Source: Camelus ferus (taxonomy: Eukaryota). Taken from it: 64,000 bases of DNA. The translations under genes and the position numbers were made by a program. The stretch spans positions 25,670,001-25,734,000 of the forward strand of contig NC_045696.1 of NCBI RefSeq assembly GCF_009834535.1. Direction: 5' to 3'. Below, piece after piece: positions 63,232 to 64,000 of this stretch (position 1 is the first letter of the stretch; each line of letters starts with the position of its first letter). The notes below the pieces were generated by a model. It did not search any database. It worked only from the letters and a program-made list of their open reading frames with translations, and had not been told where the DNA came from.

Positions 63232-63612
63232 CCACCAACAGTGTCAGAGGATTCCCTTCTTTCCACATTATCTCCAACGCTTGCTACTTCATATTTTTTC
63301 TATAACAGCCATTCTAACAGGTGTGAGGTGACTTCTCATCGTGGTTTTGATTTTCATTTCTCTAACAATCAGTAATATTAAGCGTCTTTTCATTTGTCTT
63401 TTGGCTATCTGTATGTTTTCTTTGGAGAAATGTCCATTCAGATCCTCTGCCCATTTTTTAATCAGATTATTTGTTTTTTTGTTGTTGAGTTATATGAGTT
63501 TTTTATATATTTTGGACATTAACCCCTTATTGGATATATGACTTGCATGAATTTTATCCCAGTGAGTAGGTTTCCTTTTCATTTTGATAATAGTTTCCTT
63601 TGCTGTGCAGAG
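63232..63612 (-). mobile_element. Internal L1 ORF2 fragment (no 3' UTR or tail)
   Basis: 'ccaccaacagtgt..gaggattcccttctttccaca...gccattctaacaggtgtgaggtga...tttggagaaatgtccattcagatcctctgcccattttt...tttcctttgctgtgcag'. Confidence 0.92.
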
Positions 63613-64000
63613 GCAATGTAAACAAACAGAAAGAATCTCAAAAAATAAAACACTAAAGTTACTTGCAATTTATGAATAAAATTCAGTTTGCAAATTTCCC
63701 CGCATGTTTCTTCCAGTGCTGTAATGGCCCTCAACAATTCCTCACCCCTGAACCATGAAGGAAAATTGTGTCAATTGGCTAAACGGTAATAACTATATGA
63801 AGTCCAACTGCATATAATCTTAGCTGTTTTCACACAAGGGAATGTCTGTTCCATAGGATTTCTTGTGACCATCTCCTCAGTGACCCTGTCATTATCAGTG
63901 TGAGTGGTGAGAAAACGAAAACCAAAGCTGAAGATGTGTTCCTAGAGCCATCTGGCTGCTTTGGAAGGTAATTTACTTACCTAAAAATAATCATATGCAT

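Noticed and set aside
1..64000. tRNA, snRNA, rRNA, processed pseudogene, NUMT or CpG-island promoter
   Set aside because: None recognised by eye on either strand; a cmscan or BLAST search would be needed to exclude degenerate copies.

Overview
AT-rich, CpG-depleted, non-coding placental-mammal DNA (large intron or gene desert). I could not recognise a protein-coding gene, RNA gene, CRISPR array or prokaryotic feature. The supplied ORFs are chance ORFs or lie in decayed repeats; only 29655-29894 (Tigger transposase C-terminus) resembles a known protein. A large part of the window is interspersed repeat: ancient MIR/MIR3, L2 and CR1/L3; hAT and Tigger DNA transposons (MER5, MER33, MER58B, MER94-like, Tigger2-type MITE, Tigger13-like); MaLR/ERVL LTRs (MLT1 types, LTR50-like); and several L1 pieces, with the well-preserved ones all on the minus strand. 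The L1 3' ends look cetartiodactyl, and I saw no Alu, B1/B2, Bov-A/tA, CHR, PRE-1, Can or ERE SINE, which best fits a camelid (inference). The most notable items are a young CpG-retaining ~407-bp solo LTR with a 6-bp TSD (31041-31447), several non-repeat stretches with dense transcription-factor motif clusters (candidate enhancers near 7.9, 17.9, 20.7, 21.7 and 35.6-36.2 kb), and a few unverified splice-signal-bounded candidate exons. Repeat family names come from recalled consensus sequences and old-repeat boundaries are approximate. I found no convincing evidence of a new biological system.
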